46,842 nt of DNA from positions 1 to 46,842 of the forward strand of contig JAHBMJ010000476.1 of assembly GCA_018398765.1 (NCBI GenBank), in the 5' to 3' direction. A program made the translations under genes and the position numbers. Shown here in pieces: positions 17,700 through 30,190 of this stretch. This DNA is from Chromera velia. Taxonomy: Eukaryota. Within the stretch, counting starts at the first letter, position 1. Each line of letters starts with the position of its first letter. A model generated the notes under the pieces. The model was not told the DNA's origin. It worked only from the letters and a program-made list of their open reading frames with translations, and did no database searches.

Positions 17700-18060
17700 T
17701 CTGGCTGCTCTTGCTTGCCTCTGGCTGATTTTCTCTGTCTGCCTGTCTGCTCCCAGTCGCTTCTGACTGATTCTCTCTATCCGGCTGGCTGTTCTCACTC
17801 GTTTCTGGCTATGTCTCTCTATCTGTCTGTCTGCTCTCACTCGCTCCTGACTGATTCTCTCTGTCCGGCTGGCTGCTCTCACTCGTTCCTGGCTGTGTCT
17901 TACTGTCTGCCTGTCTGCTCTCACTTGCCCCTGTCTGACTCTCTCTGTCCGGCTAGCTGCTCTCGCTCGTTTCTGACTGTGTCTCTCTGTCTGCCTGTCT
18001 GCTCTCACTCCTAGCTCTCACTCATCCTTGTCTGTTTCTCTCTGGCTGCCTGGCTGCTCC
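17700..18060. repeat. 84-bp tandem repeat (28 aa, two 42-bp subunits) inside the CRE RT
   Basis: ctga(t/c)tctctct.tccggct recurs at 17767, 17851 and 17935; translates as ERVRADRQTERHSQ-like units. Confidence 0.8.
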
Positions 18061-19339
18061 CGCTTGCTTCCAACTGTTTCTCGCTTTCTGTCTGCCCGCT
18101 CCCGTTGCCTTGGAGAGATCGGACGAGGGGGAGGATGGTGATGGCGTACTCTGCCATCAACATCGGGTCCCCTTACGTCTATCCCTCTCTGCTGCTGATG
18201 GTGATGGTCCCGTGGGTTCCTCTTAGGAAGAGCTCTGCATCCCTCTTATAGCAGTTGAAGAGGAATGTAGAGGCTCTAGGCCAAAGTATGGGGGCATTCC
18301 ACAGCCCCGCTGTGCGATTTGCTGCGTTGAAGGCGTTTTCGGCGTCTATTAGGGGGGTTCCGAATGCCTTCTCGGGATCGTCGCCGGCTTCGTGTGTGAG
18401 GGTCTCGCAGAGCTCCCTTACTGCATGAATCCCCCCTTCCAGGCCTCCCAGGAGGCCACTGCACAGCTGATTGGCTCCGCATGCCTCCTGTAGTTCCTCT
18501 TTTGTCTCTTTCATAACTGTTTTTCCGAGGAGGCGCCTGATCGCCTCCCCAATTCTTACTGGACACACCCCGGGGCATTTGTCTAGTGCGACCAGTCGGC
18601 ATGCCATGAGTGCCTTCACCTGGTCCCACTCGAACACCCTCCTCCCCATTTATTTTACTAAGTTTGCGAGTTCTTCCCTTAACTCTCTATTCTCCCTCCC
18701 TAGGCTCAGGACTACGGTGCGGAGCTGTGTGCTATCGAATCCAGACGGCCCCGCGCTGCCTTCGAGGTGGCGTGCTACTGTGACGATGTCCTCCTCGGTG
18801 ATTAGGAGGGGTATGAGGGTGGGGAGGCCCTCTCTGGGCATCGCTTCTAGTGCTGCTGCTTGGAGTGTTTTTCCGGGGGGATGTTTGACTTTCAGGGTCT
18901 CTGCTACCTAGTAGGTTTGTCCTCTCTTGGTGAAGTTATCTTCTCCATCTAGGAGTCCCCCTTTCTCTCGGCCTGTCAGTATCCGTGTACGTTTCCCTCC
19001 TCATCTCCCCCACTTGGATGAAGTTTTGAAATTTCCTCATCTCGGGGAGGCCCGCTGCCTTCTCGAGTTCTTCCTTTTTTGATCGACTCTCGCTCTCCCC
19101 CCTCCTGCTGCTACTGTGGGCTCTTCTGCTAATTTTGATTTCCTCCTGAAGGAGTGTTTCTCTTTCCTTCTCCCCCTGCTCCCACAAATCTATATAGCTA
19201 ACCTAGATTCTAACCACTTCTATTCAAAGCTATGCATGCATGCAATGATCAGAATCACACTGTTCATGGAAATTAAACTAATAGATCGAGTTCTAATTTT
19301 AACTTCAATCCCAATTGATTATAAAAATTAAGTAAACTT

Positions 19340-22300
19340 ATAGGATAGGATAGGATAGGATTAATATCTGGAGGATTGGCCTCCTGCCCCAATGCTGAGC
19401 GCTTGATGTGCGGCATCCAGGAAAAGCACATACACGTGTCAGACCTTCCTGGCTGGCCCGCACAGGCCAAAAAGATCTGTGCTATAAACTGTTTACGTGA
19501 TAATCAATCAATTACTATCAATCGCATGTGAAAGACTGCAATCAATCAACTCTCACTGATGATGTTGCGGCCTGCCGATCGACCCGGCGGAGCTCAAACA
19601 GGCTTCAAATAGAGGCATTTCAAGACAAACGGTCGATCGATTAGAAGCCAATCTCATTACTTCCCAGTCACTCAACCCTTTGGTTTCTCCCTCTTCCTTT
19701 GTTTGCTTCATTTGCTGCCATGTTGCTGCATACTCTGCCTGTCTTTTGTTTCTTTCCTTTTTATTTGACCAAAGGATTTGGTAGGCTTGGTCCAGCTGGG
19801 TGCTTGATACATCTTGCAGGCTACATACATTTCTCTTGCAGCATTCTTTTACGGCAGCTCGTTTTGTGACAACATCCTTCAAAAACTTGTCGATGCTTCC
19901 ATTTGTCTCATTTAAAAGAAAAGAAAATAAGGCAAGCCTTTCTGTCTTCCTGTTTGTCCCCTCTCCCTATTTTAGCTTTCCTGCTGCTCTTTCTCTCCTT
20001 CCTTCATTCCATGTGTCTGAAAGAGCCTGCAAGCACATAGCCCTCTCAGCATCATGCAACGAATACTCGGTCAAAACGTGCACTTCGTCTTCAACCACCT
20101 GGATGCCAAGGAGATCAGAGCAAACAATGCATTTTCTGTCATGCAGCGGGGTCCCTCTCCCTCCATCAAGAAAGAATTTCCCCTTATTGACCTCAAGGCT
20201 CCTCTCTCCCACCCTGAATGCTGTTCTTCTTCTGTAGACTGACCAGGGTGCAACCTTTCTGTAGTATACAGGGGTCCGCCCGATGCTTTCTCTCTCAATT
20301 GAGAGACCGTTTTCTCTGCTTCTTTCATCTATCTGTTTGCTGTGCAGCTACAAGTTCAAACGGTTTCCGTTTGATATTACAGTATGAATTGGATGCATCA
20401 GTGATCTTTCCTGCAGTACTTTTCTCTCGTTTTCTTTTTTCTTTTGCATTGCGCTCTCTATTTTTTCTGCAAAGACTTCGTTCTTTCTTTTTATCACCGA
20501 TTCTCTCTATTGTGCGCTAACCCATCTTACTATCTAGTCTCTCTGTTCAAATGCTAGCTGTCTTCCTGCTGCTTCTGGCTCTTTCCTGATACAAAAAGGG
20601 TTGCTTCGTCTGTGTGGAAAAAGAGTTTGAGCACATTTCTTCAGATGAGGAAAAAAGTGAAAAGGATGTTGTCTTCCTCCCTTCAAATCACTGTCCACCC
20701 CCTCCTGAATTGACTTGGCAAGCGCATGGCCTGTTGGTGTATTTCTTGACAATGTTTTCTTCAGAACTTTCTGTGCCCACAACAGCGTTCTCTGAGCTAC
20801 AACTAAGTCAATGGGGAGCAAGCTTGCCTCCAAAAAGGTTGTATATATGCTTTCTTTCTCTCTCAACTGGAAAACTCATCGAATGAACCTTCTCTGCAAT
20901 CGATCGAAGTCTGCCAAAGACTCCTGCGAATATCAATTCACTTCACAGCCATACAGCCATACGGCACACACTGTCTGTTTAAACCAATGGAAGCAAGTGG
21001 CTAGGGGAATCTCTCCTGCTGATGTGATCTTACTTTTCAGTGCAAAAAAGAGTCTTTCTGCTTTCACTGTTCTTTCTCTCATCATTGCATTTACTGAGCA
21101 ATCTTCTGTCAACAACAAACCAAGATATGGGTATTCCTTTGCCTGTTCTAACTCTTTCTCTCCCAAAACAAAAGATTCCTTTCTTCCCCTTTCCCTTTCT
21201 GACCGATAAAACTTGACGAACCTTGATTTGTTTAACAAAAGAAGTCTGAGGGGCTCTACATATTCTTCGAGAGCTCTTAGCAATCTTTCCATCTCCCTTG
21301 CCTCCACTGACTTCATGTAGGTGTCGTCTGCGAAGAGGCCGACGGGGAAGTCTTCCTCCGACCCGTCTGCATCTCTCTAAAGCTTTGGCCTCCTCCCTGT
21401 CAGCCTTACTCTCTTCTTAATCTCTTCTAGCATGTCGTTAATATATGCAGAAAATAAAGAAGGACCGGCCGGCCTGCCTTTCTTTGACCCCTTGCTTTCT
21501 TTGAACCACCAGTCCGTTCCCCTCACCCTTGCCCTGATGTTCTAGAGAGATGCGGCCACCCACTTCATAGTCTCTTCGGACACTCCATGCTTTCTCAGTT
21601 GAACTTCCATCATCTAATGACTCGCTTCATCAAACGCGCTTGTAAAATCAATGAAAGAAACATACAGACACTCAAAATATACAATCGATTGAAGCAAAAG
21701 AAAAATAGCATTCAGAGTCCCCACCCCCTTCCTATATGCAAACTGCACTTCATTCCTTTTCCCGCTCCCCTCTTTCTCTACCGCATCTCTGATCCCCAGT
21801 TCTCCCCACTTCGTATCTGCAGAATCCAAGTGAATTGGTCTGTATCTTTTCTGCACGTTTTATGGCTTTCCTGGCTTCAGGACAGCAGCAATCACTAGAT
21901 TGTTCCACCTCTCTGGCCACCATGCAAAGTGAGCACGCACATTCAGCAAGTAGTTGTAGCAGTCAACCACCAACTTTGACTTTGCCATCACCCCTAGGAC
22001 GCCTGGGGGCATTCCGTCTTTCCCTGCTGCCTTCTTTGGATTTCTTGTTTTCTTCATCCAGTCTCTTACACTGTCTGTTCTTATCCTCCATTCTCTTGCC
22101 TCTGTGAGAGCCTCAAAAATCTTGCATAAGTTGGTCACCCTCGCTTTTACTACTTTTCCTGACTTTCTGTCTGTAAAAGTGAGTTGCTTGTCCTGTTCCC
22201 TTATTTCCTCCTCGCTCTCCTTCCATTGTTCTGCCCATCCCTTTGCCTTTTCATCCTCTGTCAGCGCATTTTCCTTTCTGACCTCTTTCTTTTTGCCTAG

Positions 22301-25300
22301 CTTATTTCAGATCTTCCATGTCCCCCCTGGCTCTCTGATCTCTTTCTTTATCTCTTCAATTCTTTTGTATTTCTGTCTGAGTAAAACTCGCTGCTTCTTT
22401 TCGCATGGCCTTTCTTCTTTCCTTGCTTGCTATGTGTAGTTCTTTTTTTGCTTCTCTGAATTCATTCTTAACTTCCTCACTTTTTCTTTTTCAAGTTTTT
22501 CTCTGTTTTATCTCACTTTCTCTCCCGCTCTCGACTCGGTCTTTTTCACTTCCTTCAGATTTCTTTTTATGATGATTTCTGGGCTGTCTCCTTCTTTTAC
22601 TTTTGCTCCTCTTCAAAATTTCTTTTCTTCCTTTGCTGCTCGTTTGTATTTTTTCTCTACTATATCGTGCAGCTGTCTGTAGAGCCTGTCTAAGCTTTCT
22701 TTCGTCACTCTCACTCCTTTTGCTACGTTCATCATCTTGTCGAATTCCTTTTCTATTCCTTCTTTCTCCAGACTTTCCTGCAAGCTATCTAAGAACTTCC
22801 TTTCCACCCTTTCTGGCAGAGGTCCCCACCATCGTTTCTTTACCTGATCGCTTTCTGGGAGCTCTTTTTCCGTTTTTTTGGCTCTCTTTTTTTCTTTTTT
22901 TCTGTTTTTGCTTCTTAGAAATCGTAGGCAAAGCTATAAAGCAGCGTGATCGGTGGTGATTGAGTGAACATGTCTCACTGAAAAGTCTTGAACTCTCAAC
23001 AAAAGTTCGGGGGACACACACACATAATCATTCACCGCCCATGCATCCCGCCCCAATGCAGAAAAAGTAAACGAATTATCAAATGCAAACGACTTCACCC
23101 TCCCATCCCCTGCGACTTTGCACTCTCGCAGCCCATTGATCGGGACAATCTCTGTTTCTTCGCAGAAAGAGATTATCCTTTTTTTTTCCAGTACACCACT
23201 CTGTCTTTTGATTGTCTCATTGGTCTGAAAGGCATCTCTTCCTTTTTCTACATCTCCCTCCTCATCCGTTCCTCCGCGTTCTCTCCAAAAGTGAGTCATG
23301 GCGCTTCACTGCCAGTCCTTGCATTGAAGTCTCCCCCTATACAAACTATTCGTCTCCTTCCCCCTCCCTCCCTACATTTCTCTTTCAAACGGTCTTTCAA
23401 GTCTGTGAGGAATGTGTCGTCCGCGTGCGTAGAATCTGCGCACGGGTCGTACACCCCACATAAAAGAGGCGTGTTCAAGTCAGGGTATCGTACGATCGCT
23501 GTGGCATTGCTTAGTTGTTCTTCTTTCCATTCCATACTTCTTGCCCTACGGCTGAGAAGAACAGCTACCCCCCCCCCGTGCTGGTCATTGTTTCCCCCCT
23601 TTTTGAAATCAACGGAAAGTTCTTGCCTTCTTTCTTTCCCTTGGCTGTCCTGCACTCCTTCAGTGACGCATAACTTTCAGGTAGAAAAAGGATGTCTGCT
23701 GTCTCAAACTCGCTTTCAAACTCTTCGGAGCACAAACAGAGCTGCAACCCTCTCTGTCCCCCTTTGCAGTTCAGCCAGGCTATCCACATTACTCCTTCCT
23801 TTTTTCTTTTTTCCATTTCATTTTCGGACTCAGAGGAGAGAGACGGCTGAACGTTTGCTTAGAAGTCGCTTTCTGACGGGGTGCGTGACGAGATTTTATC
23901 TGATTCAGTCCTTTCCCTTTCCCCTTCCCCTTCCCTTCTCTTTTCCATCCCCCCATGCCGATCCTCCTCACTTCCCCTCCCCTCTTCCCCAGAAGATCGC
24001 CCGGAAGACTGTCTGGTGCCTTGTTAATGATCTCGGCTTGTGTTGTGCGCGTCTATCCTCCCATCTCCTGCTCTTCCACCTCTCCGGTGAGCCCTACACA
24101 AAGGGGGAGGGGGGGACAAAAGTGTGAGTTCGGGTTTGTATGTTATGTTAGCAAACGAGTGACCTCTGCCCTTCCCGTCCCCGCTTACTGGGCTTCGAGA
24201 GGCCTTTGGGAAGTCTTCCGGCCTAGGGTATGACACTTTGCAGACACTTTATGATACACAGAGAGTTCTAGCAGCAAAAACTGCATTTAATGCATTTATT
24301 TTCACCCGTTCACATATTTTTTTGAAGAGAAAACATCTTGATATACAAGAAAAACACGTTTTCAGGGTGGTTCAGAAGAAAGGGGGGGGGTTCTGCACAG
24401 TTAGAGGTCGGGTGCCAATGGTGGTTCCAGCTCTCCATATAATGGTGGTTTTTGAACCGATGAACTCATAATGAGAACTTCTGGAACTCATCTGAACCAT
24501 TAAGAACCAAAACAATTCTTGGTTCCATAAAGTCTTTCATACAAAAGAACTCAAAATAAAGTGAAATAAATATAATAGAAGGTCTTATCATTTGGTTTAG
24601 GGGGGGGGGTGTTTTGGTTTCTGAACCGCCAGAACCGGCAAATCAGAACTTTTGTTGGCACCAACATGTTTTTGAGTGTTTTTAGGTCAAAATCGTTCAA
24701 AAACTGGTAGACTTTTTATCTTTATTTGGTTTTTTTGGTCCAATAACCACAAAAAACATGTTTTGACATATTGATGTGTTGTATGCGGGATGAAAGGGGG
24801 GTATTACTGAGTGAAACTGACTAACAAGGCTCAAGAGTGTCATACCCTAGCCTCCGGCCTCTCCGTCCCCCCCTCCCCCAGCAGGCCGGGTTTAGGTTGT
24901 TCTTTTATCCTTCCTCCTACTCCAAGGGAGTCAGCCTCAATGCTTTGAAGAATAGACGCAGATACATGGGGTACCATGCTTTTTTGAGTAATGGGTGTAA
25001 AGTTGGAGGTACATTCATCCATCTGCATTGTTTCTGGCACCTCTGATCCACAATCTTCCTCATCCCCCAAGGCTTCAAATCTGTTTTTTAATCTGAAGTC
25101 TGGCGCTGCGGAGGAGCTCGATCTTCTTGCCCCGGTGCCGTCACTATCCCTAGCTGCCCGTCTCCTCATCATCCCAGGTCCGTCTCAGATATTCCCCCTG
25201 CCCACGCATCTCTATCATTCTTACTGCCTTCCTTGTAAACAGTTCTTCCATCTCTTTTCTCATCCTCGCACTCAACTCATTTCTTAACACAAGAATATTA

Positions 25301-26700
25301 AATTTTTTCTTTCCATTCTCTGATGCACTGCTGTTTTTCTCTCAGCTGCGCAGTCAATTTTTCTTTGTTTCCTTCCAATTGTGCCAACCGTGAGAGCATG
25401 TTATGGGGGGAAAGCGCGCTCTCCTCCATTCTTCCTCTGCTTCCCCCTTCTTTCTTTCTTCTCACTTTCCCTCCTCAGAGGGTGCATGTGCACCCCTCTC
25501 GAAGTTTAGCTTCCCTTTTCCTTCTCTGTCTCTGTCTCTCTTCCTTTCCTTGCCAGTGAGCACCTTTTCAGGAGTCTGAGAAATCGGGTTACGCGGGACG
25601 CGATCATCTCCAGGTAACAAAAAAAAGAGGGGGAAGCGAGGAGAAACTTTTTGAAAAGCAAGACTAGAACGAAGGAGGTGGAAGGTTCGGAACACGGGCT
25701 GGGAGAGAAGTTTGGAGTCAGACGGGGAGAGGACACTGCCTTCTACATTCACAATTGGGAAGGCGGATATACCTGTACGGTCTCTTATGCCATTCATGAG
25801 TTTGTCTCCGTCTCTGGGAGGGGGAACGCCGGGCGGCACTGGCTGTAGCTGCTCGGAAAGCGGGATGCCAAAGCGGCGCAGGGCTGCTTGTGCCTCCTCC
25901 GCCTTGTCTTCTGGTGCTGTTGTGTTGTTGAGAACACTCTCTGTCCACTTTTGTGTGGCCCACTCTCTCTGCTCTTTCGTTCGAGGGATAACACACCTGA
26001 GCTCTTTCTTTATTCCATATCTGGGGAGCATATATGCCCTCTCCTCATTAAAAAGAGAGTCGAAACGCTCTGCCTCCTTCTCAGTGCGGAAGACCACTGT
26101 CACGGTTCTTTCCCAGGCTTGGTGAGACCTGAAACGGACGGACTTTGCGGAGTCAACGACTTCCTGTGCAAAGACGGCTGCCTTATCCTTTCCGTCTCCT
26201 CGGTTCCCTTCCGTGTCTAGGGCGGCTGCGCATGCGAATCCCTTCAAGTCTTCGTATACGTCTGCTTAGTTGAGACAGAGCTAGGCCGAGAATTACTCGG
26301 GTTCTCAGTCTCTTCTCTTCCTCTGCCAGGCTGGCGGTGCCTTAGCAATGCTTGATCAGAGCCTTGAGTTCTGTAATCTTCTAGTCGTGACGGTAGAGGT
26401 GATCAAAGATCAACGAGGCCTGCTCCTCCCATCTCTCTATACGGATATACAGAGGCGCAAGCTTCTCATCAAGCTTCCGGTCAATGATTTCGACCAACTC
26501 CTCTTTCACTGCAGCAAACTCTGCTCTGAAGCTCTGCCTGATCGCTCGGATCTCTTGTTTGAGTGACATTCTCTTCTTCTCTTCTTCTTCGTCTTCTTTG
26601 CGGAGACCTGGGAACTAGCTAGCCTGGGAACTCTTCATCGCCATTATCTCTCTGATCTGACTCGATGGGAGATGGTGGTTAAGATGGACTGGAAAAATAG
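19340..26700 (-). mobile_element. Decayed near-full-length APE-RT LINE (ORF1 coiled-coil + ORF2)
   Basis: ORF1 pieces 26569-25462 (coiled coil) and LKNRFEAL at ~25080. APE motifs ILFLPES, GGGVAVLL, IGGDFNARTG, TDHAAL. RT motifs YRPIHL, QFAYRKG, FIDFTSAFD, GPSLFSAYIND, LFADD, YPYLG. C-terminal CIVC..EDEVHVL. 3' tail is a GGAGG-CCAAT-CCTCC hairpin plus (ATCCT)n at ~19340-19390. Many frameshifts and stops; 5' end approximate. Confidence 0.88.
24223..24850. mobile_element. 628-bp MITE (hAT-like) inserted in the LINE
   Basis: Perfect 15-bp TIR ctagggtatgacact/agtgtcataccctag; 8-bp TSD cttccggc/cctccggc (1 mismatch). Removal joins ...GGTERPE to RPEDFPKAS in frame. Internal gaacc/ggttc repeats. Confidence 0.88.
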
Positions 26701-27910
26701 TTGCCCTGCGGTATACAAATGAGGGGATGCGAGGAGGAGAGACGGCAACGGTTTCACACTCAGAATCAGTGACTTGTTTTCCGTTGTTTGTTTATCTTTT
26801 TGAACCGGATTTGGATCATCCCCAATCTTGAAGTGAACTTACAGCAGACACGAAGAGAACAGTAGACACGAGGAGAATCTTACAATCTTATATAGTAAAA
26901 AACTGAATCCTCTAAATCAAAGTAATATTAAAATAATATTAAATCTAGTATTAAATATTTCAGGACTAGATTTCAGGGTCAAATTCTAGGTCAAAATCAG
27001 GCTATAATTTTAAGCTCTAGTATTAAAGTTTTACCACTTTTCATACAAGTTGTTTCAAAATGATTGAAGTCTATTATTTGAAGATGATTGAATGTTGGAC
27101 TAGTAGAGGTTGGAGTTCATTGGGATAAGATAAGACAGCCTGAAGATTTATATTCTGGAAGTTCCCGTGTCCCACTCTAAGTTCCACTGCCAGCTAGACT
27201 GCCAGGTATTGTAGCTTCAACGCTGGCTTACACCGATGTGGCTATTAGTTTAATTGGGCCGTTTATCCTAGTTTGACTACAAATTAAATTATACAACTCG
27301 TTTAAACTCGTTTCAAACTAGGTTTCAAATTTAAAATCAACTACACAGTATGATTAGGACTAACGAAAGTAGGATGGTTACTAGGCGGCCGCTAAGCCGC
27401 CCAACCAGCACCACCTATCACATTATGGTTACCAATTTTGTTGTTATGGTAGTACTGTTCCTATGGTAGTGGTAATAGCTAAAAACAGGCAGATTTGGCA
27501 ACATTCTGAGTTAAACTTAACGTATGAAACCAATTTTAGACTAGTAAAAATCATATTTTTGGCATTCATTAAAGGTTTATTCTAGTAAAATTCAATATTC
27601 ATCATTTTATGACAGCCGTCTCCACCAACTCAAGTCGTGTAGAGCTATCAACGATGCATTCTCTTGTCACAGATCGACTCAGCTTTGCATCGACTCCCAT
27701 CGATCCCTAAAAAGACCGCCTGAGAGCAACCACGAGAGACAGTTTGCCTCCTTGCTTGTGGAAGAACCAGTTTAGCTCGACAATTGGTATCTATCGTTCA
27801 ATGAGGAAGCAAGTCCCACTTCTACGCGATACCGTTCTGAAACCTTTTGTCCAGAAGGAAAAGAGCGCTTGCATTTGAGGAGAAAGATGGAAAAAGATGG
27901 AGAATTAAGG

Positions 27911-29488
27911 CATAGTTGCTAAAATACACTGTACTACAGTAGAATTCCACTGTATTTGAATCTATATCATTAACTCCGATAGAACAATGTACTATCTTAT
28001 CAGTAATATAAAAAAAAAAATAATTTATTATAGGCTTTCTAGGCATTTCTAGGAGTTTTCTACTAAGTTTAACACTATCTAGACCTAATTTGACATTATT
28101 AGAAACCTCTGTGATGTGTTTGAATCAGTTAAAGTTCAACCCTAGGTTTAAACCTCCCCCCCTCCCCTCCTCTCTCCCCTTCCCTTCTCAATTAGATAGG
28201 GGCTTCGTTGGATCGAAGCCCATACTGCGCCAAATGTTCCTTGAGGAGCTCTCCATCGAGAATGTTGTCAAAAATGTATCCGCCTTCGAACGCTGGAAGC
28301 CCCAGGGCCTCGATGGGAAAGATCCTGGTCTGAGATCTCGGTACCCTTGCCTGCCTCTGATGGAGCCTCTGGAGGCGCAGGTTGGAGTACAAGGTCACTT
28401 CCATGTCCTGATGGGCCTGGGAGAGTCTCAGACTGTTCCGCTTCTCCCTGTAGACATGGTCGTATGAAGACCATGCTCGCTCTGCAGAGCCAGATGCGTT
28501 GGCCTGGCTGAACACAATCTCAGCCAGTTTGGCGTTCTTCGGGGCGCACTCGATCACATCGTCCATTTTCTACCAAGAAAGGGAGTCAATGTCGGCGGAG
28601 ACCTTCGTGAGCTTCTCCAGAATCCATGCCTCCTTGACCATCTTGTCATCCCTCTTTAAGTACCACATCAACTCCTTCTTGAACTCGTCGTAGACGTCCG
28701 CCCCATACACCTTGGTGATAACCAGTTTGTACGCGTTCATCACATCTTTGTGCATATGTGCACGATAGCCCGTGTCTTCCTCCCCAGGCTTTGGCCAGTT
28801 GTTCAGCTAGACATCCGCAGAGAGCAGTCATCCCACTGCAGTCTAGAAACCCCCGTACTTATGCCACTGGACCCATCTGTAAAATAGACAGTCAAGAAAG
28901 AGAGAGAGATATGGAGGGAGAGAAGGGGGGGGGAGAGGGAAGGAGAGAGAAAGAAAGAGAGAAAGAGAGAGAGAAGATATTTCAACTGCCTCCCCTGAGG
29001 GATCATCGGCATACTAACCTGCGTATCGAGAAAGAGAGAGATAGAGGGAGACGTGTTGGCGATGTGTCGGCCTTGATGATGCGGTGTGCTGGGTACAATT
29101 ACACCCATTACTGTTTGATGAGGTGCCAGAAGAAAGACTGGTCCCGCTTCCATCGTATGGTGTGCCCTGTCCTCCAGAGGGCATTGGCTGACTGACTGAC
29201 TGACCAAATGAATGACTGACTGACTTAATCGATTGATTGATTGATTGACCACTCTGTACATTCATAAAGCTTTATGATTAATACTTCATGATTATGCTGC
29301 TTAAGTATGTTAAATTACTGTATAGATTCTCTAGAAGTTAGATCAGAACTGTATAGATTTTTCTAGGAAGGTTCTAGGGCCAACTATGAAATCAAGTTAG
29401 GAATCAACTTAGGATCGACCTATAGTACTTTTTGTACTATCCTATTGTAGCATGCAATAGTACAATGTACTATCCTATGGCAACTATG
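27911..29488 (-). mobile_element. Internally deleted hAT transposon with transposase C-terminal remnant
   Basis: TIR catagttgc/gcaactatg and perfect 8-bp TSD aattaagg (27903-27910, 29489-29496). Minus-strand 28192-28800 encodes ASGSAERAWSSYDHVYREKRNSL..YSNLRL, matching the hAT dimerisation motif (S..cER.wS......kRnrL), with an internal stop. Confidence 0.9.
29040..29195 (+). pseudogene. Degenerate MYND-type zinc finger fragment inside the hAT element
   Basis: RCAGYNYTHYCLMRCQKKDWSRFHRMVCP matches the MYND pattern RC..C...YCS..CQ..DW..H...C with one Cys lost. Confidence 0.65.
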
Positions 29489-30190
29489 AATTAAGGAGAT
29501 GGGAAACAGTTTTTAGCAGTTTTGCAAACCTGCCTGGGGAACAGACGCCAGTTCTTAAGGGTTCCTCACCGACCTGTAGTTGGACAGCACATTGTCAAGT
29601 AGTTGGCGCGCACGCGTGCTGAGTGCGAAACACTGGCAACGGGGTTAGACGGATGAGGTTTTCTCCCTTTTTGGGAAGTGGTTCGCGGAATGGGGACAAA
29701 GCTAAGCCAGGCTACCGTTTTTGCTCGTCTTTTTAGCCATCTCCGTCATTCTACCACCGTCTGCCTCAAAACAGACAGGCTAGAAGGAGCTTTGAGGCGA
29801 GATATGAACTTAGATGAAAGGGCGCAACCTAATCTAGCCTATCAGAATGAAGGTTCTCTGGTTCTTCTTTCTTCTGATTGAGCTAGATTTCGGCAGAAAG
29901 AGGACAAGGCCACGCGTTCTGTATGAGGATATAAAACCACTCTGCCTTGCCGTGGGAATTCAGTGAGTGCACTGGCCGTTACGAGAAAGCCGTTCTTGCC
30001 TGTGTTATCTTCTTTTATGAGAGAGGACTGCCTTAGCAGTGTGTCCAGCTGCGTATCGAACCAGTTGAACGTTAGACGCTCATTTATGGGCCAATAGCGA
30101 TGGTGAATGATGATGATGATGATGACTGAACTCTAACTAGTATATATCACTATGTATAATATATACTAGGGTAGGACGCCAATCCTCCAG

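Larger units (their letters stand above)
14400..19190 (-). mobile_element. Decayed CRE-clade-like non-LTR retrotransposon (RT + CCHC + restriction-like endonuclease)
   Basis: Minus-strand fragments in order: LKVKHP, SAGPSGFD, LMACRLVALDKCPGV.P..IGE, IDAENAFN, G*T*GDP, WYADD (~17164-17181), [64 protein letters not shown]. Multiple stops and frameshifts. Boundaries approximate. Confidence 0.88.

Noticed and set aside
17700..18060. Regularly spaced repeats as a possible CRISPR array
   Set aside because: They are contiguous tandem units with no unique spacers, no cas genes and a eukaryotic context.
22988..24127. 379-aa plus-strand ORF
   Set aside because: It is antisense to the LINE endonuclease region and has no independent motifs.
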